A stretch of 64,000 nucleotides of DNA, taken from the IMG/VR virus record IMGVR_UViG_3300049048_000052, positions 186,001 to 250,000 of that record. One strand, given 5' to 3'. Under the pieces are notes generated by a model. It was not told the DNA's origin. It worked only from the letters and a program-made list of their open reading frames with translations, and ran no database searches. The translations under genes were made by a program, and so were the position numbers. This document shows, piece by piece, positions 55,147-64,000 of the stretch (position 1 is its first letter; each line of letters opens with the position of its first letter).

Positions 55147-58100
55147 ATAACTATATACGCATCGCTTATAAGTGGGATTAATCTATTACCAATATCATCT
55201 ATATCATATTCATATATGAGACCTTGGGGATCCTGCAACTGTATAACTGGGACAGCCCTACTTATAATAGCTATACCTATATTGTTGGCCAGTTGGTAGT
55301 CAGTTATTTGGTAGCTGTATACAGTGGGAGTATACTGCCCTGGGCCTATGTAAGGCTTTAGCTCAGTAAGATCCCTGGCCCTTACAAATGTATTAATCTT
55401 AAGTTGTAGGACGTCACCAGCAGAGGGAATCTTTCCACCTAGGATATTGGCTTTAGGATTAGCAAGACCAAATAGTATCCTAGCATTGTAGGTTTCTTTT
55501 ATTTCTACAGTGCCTTGGATATAGGTGGTAGTCGGTACTCTAAAGCAACCATCTAAGGGAATATCTAAGGAGAGCTGTTTGATGCTATCTACTACTTTAG
55601 GGTCTATAGTATCTAAGAAGTTTTCAGGTGTGTCCTTAATAGTATTAAAGGCCTGTATTAATCTTGGTAGATCCTCGGTGGCCCCCACTGCATCATTGGG
55701 ATTTCCGCCCTTAAATAGATTAGATACCTTACCGAGTAGGCTATTTATCTTACCTAGTAGGTCTAGACAATTCAATATAGTATTTACCTGATCTAGGAAC
55801 CCTATATTGTACTTATTCATAAGGTTTACCAGTTCAGGAACTTTACTAAGGGCCTCAATGGTACCATATAAAGTCTCCGCAACGTCTATAGCATCTCGTA
55901 CTGTTCCTGCATTCTCAGGTCCAGCTATAAAGTCAAGCAGACTATTAAAGGAGCCTCCCTTAATAACCGTCATAACGTCCCCAGTATTTATATCTTTTAT
56001 AAGACCTTGAACGTTTCTATATAGGCCCACCGCAGTACCTATCTCGCTGACCCCAGTAATCTTCTGTAATACAGAGGCGATGCTGTCTATCAATCTATCG
56101 CTGTCTATTGGTTGGCCATTAGTATTATCGATTATGATGCGGGTTATATCAGGTATAGCTGAGGCATATCTATCATCTAGGAAATTGGATAGTACTTGGG
56201 AAACTGAATCTACTAATCCCCTATCTACTAGTTGACGGAAGTCTGCCTCTGGATTCTTAAGTAGAATATCCCCTATATTAATTAGAGGAGTTAGGCTGGA
56301 ATCAAACTTAGAGACAAAGTAGTTAAGTCCTGAGAGGTCATTCTGGCATATACCTTCTAAAGCACTAAGACCGTCACTTACACTGACTATAATAGGAAGA
56401 CCTATACCAATAGCACTACTAATTTCTGTGCCATTGTTATTGAGTACATCAATAACACCCCCAAAGTAACCTACAGCAGCTATATAACTACCAATGTCCT
56501 GCGTCCTCTTAACTAACTGAGGACCTCCTTCCATATCAAGTATATAAGGAGGTACATCCTGTATAAGAACCTTATCCAAATTCTTTATTACTTCCTTAGT
56601 GGTCAGGTCTGGTATCTTAAATTGTTTAGCTGCCTCAGTAACCGCTGAAGGCACTGCCTTTAGTAATGGGGGTAGTAAGTCTGGTCCCTTTTCATCCTTA
56701 GGGGATTCTTGTTTATTAGGTAATTGGCGAGAATATCTACTAGGGTATATATGGAGACCGCCCTTTATAAACTCCGAACCTCTTATAGCAGAGGTACTCT
56801 CCACTTGAGAGGTCTCTTGTTTGTTAGGACTATTAGAGGAGGCTAAGGCTCTAGGAGGACTAAACTTGTCGGCGGTACTGGTCTTATTTATATGAGCGGG
56901 TTGTCTAAGTGTCGGGTTACCATCACTAGTTCTACCTATAGAACTAGTAGACGTACCAGTTGCTGCATAGATATGATTCTCTCTGTTTGGTTGAATAGGG
57001 GGTTTATACATATGGCCTTCCCTATTAGTCTCAGGAGGTAGGTCATCTTGACTCATACCCTCTGCAGACTTCTTACCTAACTCTATACCTTTCTTAATGT
57101 TGTCCTGAGCTGAAGGTTTCTTGACCTTGAATCTATCAGGTATACAAGCCTCAAGACTGGATAGAGCTCCACTAGGAAGAGTTGGTAACTCAGGTATCTG
57201 TACGATCTTACCTGGAGTTACGGATTCTATATCAAAGGGCACTATAGGTATAGGCATTCTACCCAGAAACGTTAGACCTCCATATATAAATAGGCCACCC
57301 CTATTAGTGGCCGCAGTGAGGGTCTGACCACCAGAGATAGTCATAGTGCGAGTGGCAGAGAAAAGGCTATTCTTGGTAGCGCTAATAGCAGCCTCAGTAG
57401 CTACATTAATAATGCTTTGACTAATGGCGGCAGTTATCTCACCAGCATTAGTAACAAAGTTACCACTACTAGTAACCGAGATATTACCAGTATTACCGCC
57501 CTTACCATTACTAATCAGTTTGATATAACCATTAGAACCTGTTAGAGGATCTAAGGGATTACTACCTGCAGCATTAACAGATGCGACATCCTCTGTAGAG
57601 GCAGATGCAGTGATAGTAAGATCACCGGATTGAAGGGATGTGGCATTACGAGAGCTAATACGCATAGTAGAGGCAGATGCCTGCTCTAAGTGATCATCAG
57701 CATATATATTGGTATTCTGACCTTGTATCTCGTTGAGGCCTGTAGCAACTGACTGGGCTTCCTTAGAGAAACTCCTATTACTCTCAGTTGCTACAGTTTG
57801 TATATAAGTAGCTGTCTTTTGGTCTACTGCTAATTCTGTATATCTATTCTTACCTATATTAAACTGTTCATCTGATATAGTAGCTATTTGGTTGGCGTGT
57901 ATCTGCTGTAGCTTAGTATTCATACTAAATACAGGAGACATGATATTAGTTACTGCATCAGAACCAATATGTAATGTGTTGGCACCTATTCGCAGGTCGG
58001 TACCTGCTGATATGATAATGCCCCCGTTAGACTTAGATGCACTACGGGATACAGATTCGGCAGCACTGGATAATGTCTTACCTGCCTTCTCTGTACCTTT

Positions 58101-58481
58101 CTTAATCGGATCACTTGCCTTCTTACCATCCTTAGTTAGAGAGGCCACTCTTTGAGAGGACTCCGAGGCAGGTTGTAAATATGACTCGGTAGTAGATTGA
58201 GAGGTACCCATAAACGAGTTAACTGGGTAGGTGCCACTAATAGCAGCCAAAGGCTCTGCTAGTATCTGATGAGATATGTTAAGAGGTTTATCCGTATTAT
58301 CAGACTTAGCAGAGGTGGATGATAGTAAATCTATACCTGTTGTAAAGGAATACTTAGTAGCCTGCAGGTTAGTATTAATAGAGTCCTTCTGAACATCATA
58401 AGCCTTCAGGTTATAACCCTTACCTGAGTAAGTAGATAATTTGGGGCTATCTAATAGCTCCTTGATACTAGTAGTTGTCAT
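55143..58481 (-). CDS. large baseplate/spike-associated protein (1112 aa)
   Basis: A beta-strand-repeat segment (IIISAGTDLRIGANTLHIGS...) like a gp5/VgrG needle, a Pro/Ser-rich linker, then an amphipathic helical region. Confidence 0.55.
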   Translation of the reverse strand: MTTTSIKELLDSPKLSTYSGKGYNLKAYDVQKDSINTNLQATKYSFTTGIDLLSSTSAKSDNTDKPLNISHQILAEPLAAISGTYPVNSFMGTSQSTTESYLQPASESSQRVASLTKDGKKASDPIKKGTEKAGKTLSSAAESVSRSASKSNGGIIISAGTDLRIGANTLHIGSDAVTNIMSPVFSMNTKLQQIHANQIATISDEQFNIGKNRYTELAVDQKTATYIQTVATESNRSFSKEAQSVATGLNEIQGQNTNIYADDHLEQASASTMRISSRNATSLQSGDLTITASASTEDVASVNAAGSNPLDPLTGSNGYIKLISNGKGGNTGNISVTSSGNFVTNAGEITAAISQSIINVATEAAISATKNSLFSATRTMTISGGQTLTAATNRGGLFIYGGLTFLGRMPIPIVPFDIESVTPGKIVQIPELPTLPSGALSSLEACIPDRFKVKKPSAQDNIKKGIELGKKSAEGMSQDDLPPETNREGHMYKPPIQPNRENHIYAATGTSTSSIGRTSDGNPTLRQPAHINKTSTADKFSPPRALASSNSPNKQETSQVESTSAIRGSEFIKGGLHIYPSRYSRQLPNKQESPKDEKGPDLLPPLLKAVPSAVTEAAKQFKIPDLTTKEVIKNLDKVLIQDVPPYILDMEGGPQLVKRTQDIGSYIAAVGYFGGVIDVLNNNGTEISSAIGIGLPIIVSVSDGLSALEGICQNDLSGLNYFVSKFDSSLTPLINIGDILLKNPEADFRQLVDRGLVDSVSQVLSNFLDDRYASAIPDITRIIIDNTNGQPIDSDRLIDSIASVLQKITGVSEIGTAVGLYRNVQGLIKDINTGDVMTVIKGGSFNSLLDFIAGPENAGTVRDAIDVAETLYGTIEALSKVPELVNLMNKYNIGFLDQVNTILNCLDLLGKINSLLGKVSNLFKGGNPNDAVGATEDLPRLIQAFNTIKDTPENFLDTIDPKVVDSIKQLSLDIPLDGCFRVPTTTYIQGTVEIKETYNARILFGLANPKANILGGKIPSAGDVLQLKINTFVRARDLTELKPYIGPGQYTPTVYSYQITDYQLANNIGIAIISRAVPVIQLQDPQGLIYEYDIDDIGNRLIPLISDAYIVI

Positions 58482-59811
58482 TTATAGGATCATCCTTAAA
58501 GTCTTTTCTTCCATCTTCTATTCCAGATAGAAGAGCTAAATTATCAGCCGTATTAATCATGTGTTCTAGGTTAGATTTCTTTAGTAGCCTAGAGGCTAAA
58601 TATATTAGTCTGAAGATGCGGCCTAATTCATCTGTGGGTACTAATGTTTGATCTGTTGATCTGTTATTACTTATGTGAGTATGTACAAGTATATAAGCCC
58701 TATTAAGTAATGAGGCCGCAGATATAAGTAATGCCATGTTAAGTCCTGAGGGATTAGGGTATGTTTCTAATAACAACTGTGAGGCCTCCCTAAGGAGTCC
58801 CGCCCTATCATTAAGACTTATATTAAGCACTAACTCCTCTAGGAGTATATCTATAGAACCTGAGGGCGCCCCAGCAATATAACTTGTCCTCTTCCTAATA
58901 TCCACTAACTCCTCCTCTACCTTATAAAGGATAGGACATATACTCTGGTGTATAAAATCCCAACCTAGATTAACTAGAGAGTCATGATCTATACCGTTAG
59001 ACAAACATAAACAAGCAATGTCCTTCAGGGTATCGTAAGCATACCTGCTATTCTCTGTCTCGGGGACTAAGGGTAATATGGGTAGATCTGTCTCACTATA
59101 AGGTTGAAGGTACCAAGATATTACCTTGGGCAACCAAGACTGTAAGAATTGAAGCCTCTTGTATGAGGTCCTAATAATATTGACCCTAGAGACTAAATCA
59201 CTATGGAATCTATATATTGCGGTGTCACTCTCTATTGAGTCCTTAGTAGTATGCTCTATAAACTGGTCATAGATATTGACTATCTGTTGGGTATCCTCTC
59301 TTTCCCTAAGAGGTTGGACAGTTAGATCGATAAGACTTCTAATATTTACATCTATAAGTTGAGAAGTGGATTGATATTCCTCTAAGGTTTCTTTGAATAC
59401 CTGATAATAAGATAGAGTTCCGTATGTTCCCACCCAAGTCTTAAAGTTGGAGAACATTAGCTCGTTAACATAGTCATCCGTGGGTAGTATCTTAAGTGAG
59501 CTAACACCTATCTTCCTCCTACAATAATGAGGGCTAAGCTTCCTTCTATCCATAGAACCAATCGTGGGTATGGTTAAGAGGGTAACCATATAGCTTTCTA
59601 GGGAGAGTAAGAGGGAATATAGACTAGCCTCGTCTTGGGCATCTATCTCCCTACTCTGCAATTCTTGGAGTTCTGAGAATCTACTTATAGTGTTAATGCA
59701 GTTAAAGCTCAAATTAAGATAGCCCTTAAAAAGAAGGGCATTGCTAGTATTGTCCTGGTTATATATGTATGTATCCTCTATAGGAAGTTCGTCTAAATAC
59801 TGTATATCCAT
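58468..59811 (-). CDS. hypothetical helical protein
   Basis: 447 aa, in the operon, overlapping both neighbours. Confidence 0.75.
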   Translation of the reverse strand: MDIQYLDELPIEDTYIYNQDNTSNALLFKGYLNLSFNCINTISRFSELQELQSREIDAQDEASLYSLLLSLESYMVTLLTIPTIGSMDRRKLSPHYCRRKIGVSSLKILPTDDYVNELMFSNFKTWVGTYGTLSYYQVFKETLEEYQSTSQLIDVNIRSLIDLTVQPLREREDTQQIVNIYDQFIEHTTKDSIESDTAIYRFHSDLVSRVNIIRTSYKRLQFLQSWLPKVISWYLQPYSETDLPILPLVPETENSRYAYDTLKDIACLCLSNGIDHDSLVNLGWDFIHQSICPILYKVEEELVDIRKRTSYIAGAPSGSIDILLEELVLNISLNDRAGLLREASQLLLETYPNPSGLNMALLISAASLLNRAYILVHTHISNNRSTDQTLVPTDELGRIFRLIYLASRLLKKSNLEHMINTADNLALLSGIEDGRKDFKDDPINDNY

Positions 59812-60473
59812 CTCTCTATTACCTGAGCTACTGATTGTACTGTTCTCTCGGAGAAGCCTAAACCACGACTAGCCATGACGCCTGCCTTTACCCTATCACC
59901 ATTAACTACTATAGACTGGAAGGCATCCATGCCTATGACCTGATAGTCACAACAGTTAAATATCCTATCTAGTTTGTCATAGAGGGATAGATCGTCCTTA
60001 CTTATAAACTCTATAGTTGAGTCCATACCTATAACATGTGTTATGGCTGAGGTCTCTTCTCTATCTAAAGATGCCTTAATAGTATTACTGAAGTTCACCG
60101 AGGTGACTGATTCAGATAACCTAAGAAGACTTACTGAACTAGGTATATTACTTATGATCTTCTGTTTGAAGTCAGATCCCTCTTGTTCAGTGTAGTACTT
60201 AAGAGTATCAGCATCCTCCTTACTAAATAAATAGGCAAGGAGCACCTGTACCTTAGGTGGAAATAAGAATAGGTTAACCTGACCCGCTCTAGTATCAAAC
60301 ATCCTAAGCTTAGGTCCCTCTTCAGGTATAGCAGTTATAGAGGATTGTATAAGGTGAGATAGTAGCTCATACTGAGCTTCACTACCACCATCATCTGCTA
60401 TAGCAGACTTAAGTAGATATTCATGTTCCCTGCCAATGTAGTAGGGGTAATTGGATGATAGTGTTGCTGCCAT
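59793..60473 (-). CDS. hypothetical protein
   Basis: 226 aa, TAATG coupling. Confidence 0.75.
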   Translation of the reverse strand: MAATLSSNYPYYIGREHEYLLKSAIADDGGSEAQYELLSHLIQSSITAIPEEGPKLRMFDTRAGQVNLFLFPPKVQVLLAYLFSKEDADTLKYYTEQEGSDFKQKIISNIPSSVSLLRLSESVTSVNFSNTIKASLDREETSAITHVIGMDSTIEFISKDDLSLYDKLDRIFNCCDYQVIGMDAFQSIVVNGDRVKAGVMASRGLGFSERTVQSVAQVIERWIYSI

Positions 60474-61609
60474 TATATTTTCACATATAGTACTGGATTA
60501 AGAGGTTTGCCATAGCTGCCTCCTCTTCTAACTTCAAAATGTAAGTGGGGACCAGTAGAGAAACCAGTACTACCCATAAGACCTATAACAATACCTTGCT
60601 TAACATCCTGACCTGTCCTAGCTATTATCTTGCTGAGGTGTGCATATCTAGTAGTTAGACCGTTGGCATGTTGTATATCCACAATATTACCGTAGCCACC
60701 TGCGGGGCCTGTATATATAACCTTGCCATCGCCTGAGGCTAATATGGGTGTGCCTGTATTGTTAGCTATGTCAACTCCGTTATGCATTCTACCCCAGCGC
60801 CAACCAAAGGGTGAGTTAAATATGCCTTTGCAGGGGCGTATAAAACCGCCAGGGATAGGTGTGAAATTAACAGGAGGTGCTCCTATGCCAGCAGGTGCCC
60901 CAGTACCAAGTACACCCATACCTGGAGCGGGATAAGGATAACCTGTACCTCCTGGCCTAGCTGTAGCTATCTTAGTAGCACAGCCTGTATATATAATACG
61001 ATCCGCCACCGTATAAGGAGGTGGGTCACAATTAGATCCTGTTAACATTATAGATAATGCTCCTTCGCCTGATGGTAATTGAGGGGCTGTACCTGCTACT
61101 GGGCTATTAGTAGGGCTATTAGGATTGATAGTATCACCTAAGGCTACTGCACCGTCCCCTAATCTTTTACCCTTGAAGGCTGCAAACTTCTTCTTAACAT
61201 CACTAAGTGTACAGACACCTTGTTTACTATACCTCCAGGGAGGTAGTGATGCCCACTCGTGGGATAGCTTATTCATAGCGGCCTCTATATTACCACTAAG
61301 GACCTCCTTAAGAGCAAACTGCTTTCTATGTATAAGGACTATAGCAACTAGATCTTGATTATGAGGTGAGAAGTCTGTGGCCCCCGCAAACCTCTTATAA
61401 CTATCCCAGGTTGTACTAATAAACTGATAGCGGCCTGCTGCATCAGAATTCACACTTCTCTGATATTGTCTAGGATGGTCGGCATAAGAATATAGCTTCT
61501 TATAAGTAACGATGGTGTTATAGGTGGCGCCCTCACAACTGGCTATCACATTAAGCATGGCCCTAATGTTATCGTTCTTTAGCAGATTCTCATAATAGTC
61601 TCTAGACAT
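60473..61609 (-). CDS. lambda-R-type (GH104) muramidase/lytic transglycosylase fused to an M23 peptidase
   Basis: AMLNVIASCEG..YN, YADHPR, SDAAGRYQF..TW, DFSP.NQD, EWASLP; M23 HNGVD, YAHL, GSTG.STGPHLHFEVR. Confidence 0.92.
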   Translation of the reverse strand: MSRDYYENLLKNDNIRAMLNVIASCEGATYNTIVTYKKLYSYADHPRQYQRSVNSDAAGRYQFISTTWDSYKRFAGATDFSPHNQDLVAIVLIHRKQFALKEVLSGNIEAAMNKLSHEWASLPPWRYSKQGVCTLSDVKKKFAAFKGKRLGDGAVALGDTINPNSPTNSPVAGTAPQLPSGEGALSIMLTGSNCDPPPYTVADRIIYTGCATKIATARPGGTGYPYPAPGMGVLGTGAPAGIGAPPVNFTPIPGGFIRPCKGIFNSPFGWRWGRMHNGVDIANNTGTPILASGDGKVIYTGPAGGYGNIVDIQHANGLTTRYAHLSKIIARTGQDVKQGIVIGLMGSTGFSTGPHLHFEVRRGGSYGKPLNPVLYVKI

Positions 61610-62063
61610 CCTCTACTCCTAAATCTATTTGTTTAGTACGGGTAAATCTGTTTAGATATCTGTATAACTTAGACTTATCAAAGTTAATGGGGTCCTCATA
61701 ATAACCAGTAGTATCTATCTCTGTATGAGTGGTAATACGATCATCCTCTATACCCGTCGCAGCTACAACCATAGCTAAACTCATATATTGCTCCTCTGTG
61801 TACCCCTGATGAGGATCCAACACCTCTGGTGACTCTAATGCAATCTGATATGCGAAGTCGTCTACTGAGTTGTTAATGGACTCTCCATTAAATTCAGTAT
61901 TAGCAGCGGCAAATGCTTTCATATTGGAGGCCACCCCATAAAGGATAATACCATCCCTGGTTATCAGGACATGGTAACTGACGCCGGAGGATGCAGATTG
62001 TAACTCCCTTAGGGCCTGTTGTATTGGTACCCCAGTCTCATGTATAACTACTATTGGTTTCAT
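61602..62063 (-). CDS. N-acetylmuramoyl-L-alanine amidase (Amidase_2), cyanobacterial style
   Basis: VVIHET, VSYH.LI.RDG, S..DFAY.I.LES, GYT..QY.SLA, RITTH, EDP..FD; Zn ligands intact. Confidence 0.88.
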   Translation of the reverse strand: MKPIVVIHETGVPIQQALRELQSASSGVSYHVLITRDGIILYGVASNMKAFAAANTEFNGESINNSVDDFAYQIALESPEVLDPHQGYTEEQYMSLAMVVAATGIEDDRITTHTEIDTTGYYEDPINFDKSKLYRYLNRFTRTKQIDLGVEDV

Positions 62064-62072
62064 GTTTTATCT

Positions 62073-63788
62073 TTATAGTAGAGTGTTCAATAGTTCTGTA
62101 AGTCTAGTATAAGCAGACCCAGTCAGGTGTATGCCGTCTGTAGTAAACTCTTTCTTGATAGATCCGTTACTAGAGACTATAGATGAGTAAGCATCAAAGT
62201 AACTATAACTAGTACCGCCGCTAGCCCTAAGCCTATCGTTTATCCACAGAATGTCCTTATTCTGGACGTTAGCAATCTTATCCTTATAATCCTTATTAAT
62301 AGCGGTGATCTCATCAGGAGCACTCTTAGGTAGGATAGACTGTATATATATCTTAGTGGTGGGAGAGGCTGTATTTATACGCTTAACTGTCTCCATTAAG
62401 TTTTTATATACATCCTCCCTATTTCTGCCTGCTAATAAATCATTAATACCTACGGCAAGTACTACTGTTTTGGGTTTGTTGCTGGCTATTTGGTTAGCTC
62501 GATTAAGAAGGCCAATAGAGCTCTCCCCCGATATACCTTGGTTCAATACCTTATTATTCAATAGAGTAGGAGGTATTCTCTGTACTATAGAGTCTCCTGC
62601 TATAATCGAGGCTCCAGAGGTAGATGACTCCTTCTCAAATAAAGACAACCAGTCTGAATACTTAGGGGATCCAGGAGGTGCCTCAGTCTTAAAGGCTGCT
62701 TTATATCTAGTCCTATAAATAGATTCACCTGATACCTGGGTAGTATTCCTTAGGGCCATATTAGCAGGATTCACTGCGGCGTTCCTTTGGTCTGCAGGCA
62801 TATAAGTAGCACCATCTACTGCCAGCTTAACCTCACTAGGTTTAGAGCCTGTCTCATTGCCATACTTAGTCTGTAGAATATCAGCCTGTGCCATAGTCGA
62901 GGCGGATTGAGTATTACAATCCTTAGCCCTATCTAAGGCTAACTTACTAAGCTCTTGGTTCTGCTCGGCTCTATATGTAGCAGGCAATGGCTCATTAAAA
63001 TCACTAAGTACTGGAGGAGTATCGCTGACTGGTACTAAGGGCTTAACCCCACTTGCAGTAGTAGCTAAGGAGCCTCCTATAGCCCTACCTATAAAATAAG
63101 CTATACGACTGTGAGTGGAGGCTAACCTAAGCATTTGGGTACATTTCTCCTCTGTAGTACCCCCACTAACAGTGATATTGTTACCGTCGGAGTAGTTGAT
63201 AATAGAGCCAAAGGTATAGGAGACTAACTCTGTACCATTCTTCATTATGATAGAACCAGTCTGTCCCCTAGAGGCGGCCTTGTCCTGTATCGTATCGTGG
63301 AACTCAGGGGAGTCATAGGCTGTGGCCATTACCTTAGAGCCTATAAATGAGAAGTCAGCCTCAGGCTGTGTAACCCTATTAGGATGGATACTTGTTTGAT
63401 TAGCTTCTGCTTGGCCGGTATCTGAGCCTATAAGCTCACCAGGCTTATTACCTTCACCCTTGTTGAGAAACTTATCCCATTCGCCATTAGTCCAGAAGGA
63501 TCTGATGATTACTGCATCCTCTAAGACCCCATTCTTACAAAGGATTATTACAGGATCCTCATTCTGTAAGGCCTTATATTCACCATTACCATTGTAGCTG
63601 GCATACTCCGACGCTCTCTTACATTGACGAAGGGTAACACCCCAATCCATTAGATTGACATCATAGGATTGAGTGAGGTCATTATGTCTCTGTTTATTAA
63701 CAATCTTACCCATGTACATATGGTTGGAACCATAACGATTCTCAAAGGCATGATTAGTAAGAAATATATTATTAGGATTATCGCTCAT
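62073..63788 (-). CDS. gp5/gpV-like baseplate spike (N-terminal OB-fold) fused to a C-terminal SGNH/GDSL hydrolase
   Basis: N-terminal GKIV....YDV.L..W......R...YA...G.G.Y..L...D.V.I....G....AVII; C-terminal GDS, NQGISGE, VGIND, DGIH blocks. Confidence 0.72.
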   Translation of the reverse strand: MSDNPNNIFLTNHAFENRYGSNHMYMGKIVNKQRHNDLTQSYDVNLMDWGVTLRQCKRASEYASYNGNGEYKALQNEDPVIILCKNGVLEDAVIIRSFWTNGEWDKFLNKGEGNKPGELIGSDTGQAEANQTSIHPNRVTQPEADFSFIGSKVMATAYDSPEFHDTIQDKAASRGQTGSIIMKNGTELVSYTFGSIINYSDGNNITVSGGTTEEKCTQMLRLASTHSRIAYFIGRAIGGSLATTASGVKPLVPVSDTPPVLSDFNEPLPATYRAEQNQELSKLALDRAKDCNTQSASTMAQADILQTKYGNETGSKPSEVKLAVDGATYMPADQRNAAVNPANMALRNTTQVSGESIYRTRYKAAFKTEAPPGSPKYSDWLSLFEKESSTSGASIIAGDSIVQRIPPTLLNNKVLNQGISGESSIGLLNRANQIASNKPKTVVLAVGINDLLAGRNREDVYKNLMETVKRINTASPTTKIYIQSILPKSAPDEITAINKDYKDKIANVQNKDILWINDRLRASGGTSYSYFDAYSSIVSSNGSIKKEFTTDGIHLTGSAYTRLTELLNTLL

Positions 63789-63796
63789 AGTTCTCC

Positions 63797-64000
63797 TTAG
63801 AAATCACTAACCATTGCAACTTCACTAGTGTAACCAGCGGATTTGCCTTGGGTAATAATCTTATGTTTTATACTTCTAACCTTGTATACAGGTAGGATAA
63901 GCTTATCCTTATTAGTCTCTATGGTTGAAGTGCGTATGGTACTCTGAGCAAGTTCACTTTGCTCAGTGATAGGTGATCCGCCTTTAGGTGTTCCAGGAGG
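63797..64000 (-). CDS. C-terminus of a probable baseplate hub (gp27/gpD-like) protein entering from the right edge
   Basis: Open frame ending ...VYKVRSIKHKIITQGKSAGYTSEVAMVSDF*; the Y.V..I.H......GY.S.V ending is hub-like; AGGAG RBS follows for the spike gene. Confidence 0.55.
   Translation of the reverse strand, partial: PPGTPKGGSPITEQSELAQSTIRTSTIETNKDKLILPVYKVRSIKHKIITQGKSAGYTSEVAMVSDF

Noticed and set aside
1-64000. Stop-codon reassignment (suggested by jumbo-phage features and frequent TAG trinucleotides)
   Set aside because: Genes are full length and tightly packed under the standard code, and TAA, TAG and TGA all end genes at coupled junctions.

Overview
This is a 64 kb, gene-dense, AT-rich slice (roughly 40% GC by eye) of a large lytic tailed phage genome, most likely a contractile-tailed myovirus of jumbo-like scale. 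The host is probably a cyanobacterium, judging from the cyanobacterial-style amidase, the SGNH and M23 domains and the tRNA anticodon arm; this is recognition from memory, not a database result. The standard genetic code fits all genes. The left arm (1-18306, + strand) holds nucleotide, tRNA and RNA-metabolism genes: tmk, a minimal tilS, tRNA-Ile2(CAU), an RNA ligase, an HD protein, a methyltransferase, an Arr-like ADP-ribosyltransferase fold and a DEDDh exoribonuclease. It also holds replication/recombination genes (SF1B helicase, ATP-dependent ligase, primase, RNase HII-like, RuvC-like, PD-(D/E)XK), several tandem paralog arrays and a RinA-like regulator. The right arm (18303-64000, - strand) is the virion module: a 2961 aa tape-measure-like protein with an N-terminal thermonuclease, the large terminase, two DUF4815-like tail proteins, a lysine/ornithine N-monooxygenase-like flavoenzyme, fibre proteins, baseplate wedge/J/gp25-like proteins, a muramidase-M23 fusion, an amidase and a spike-SGNH fusion. 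Best leads: (1) TilS plus its tRNA matched to extreme ATA usage, inside a possible tRNA-repair island that ends in a tRNA minihelix; (2) a siderophore-type N-hydroxylase inside the tail operon; (3) the nuclease-tape-measure fusion; (4) an acidic four-paralog array around a TIM-barrel metalloenzyme. All product calls come from motif recognition by eye; no searches were run.
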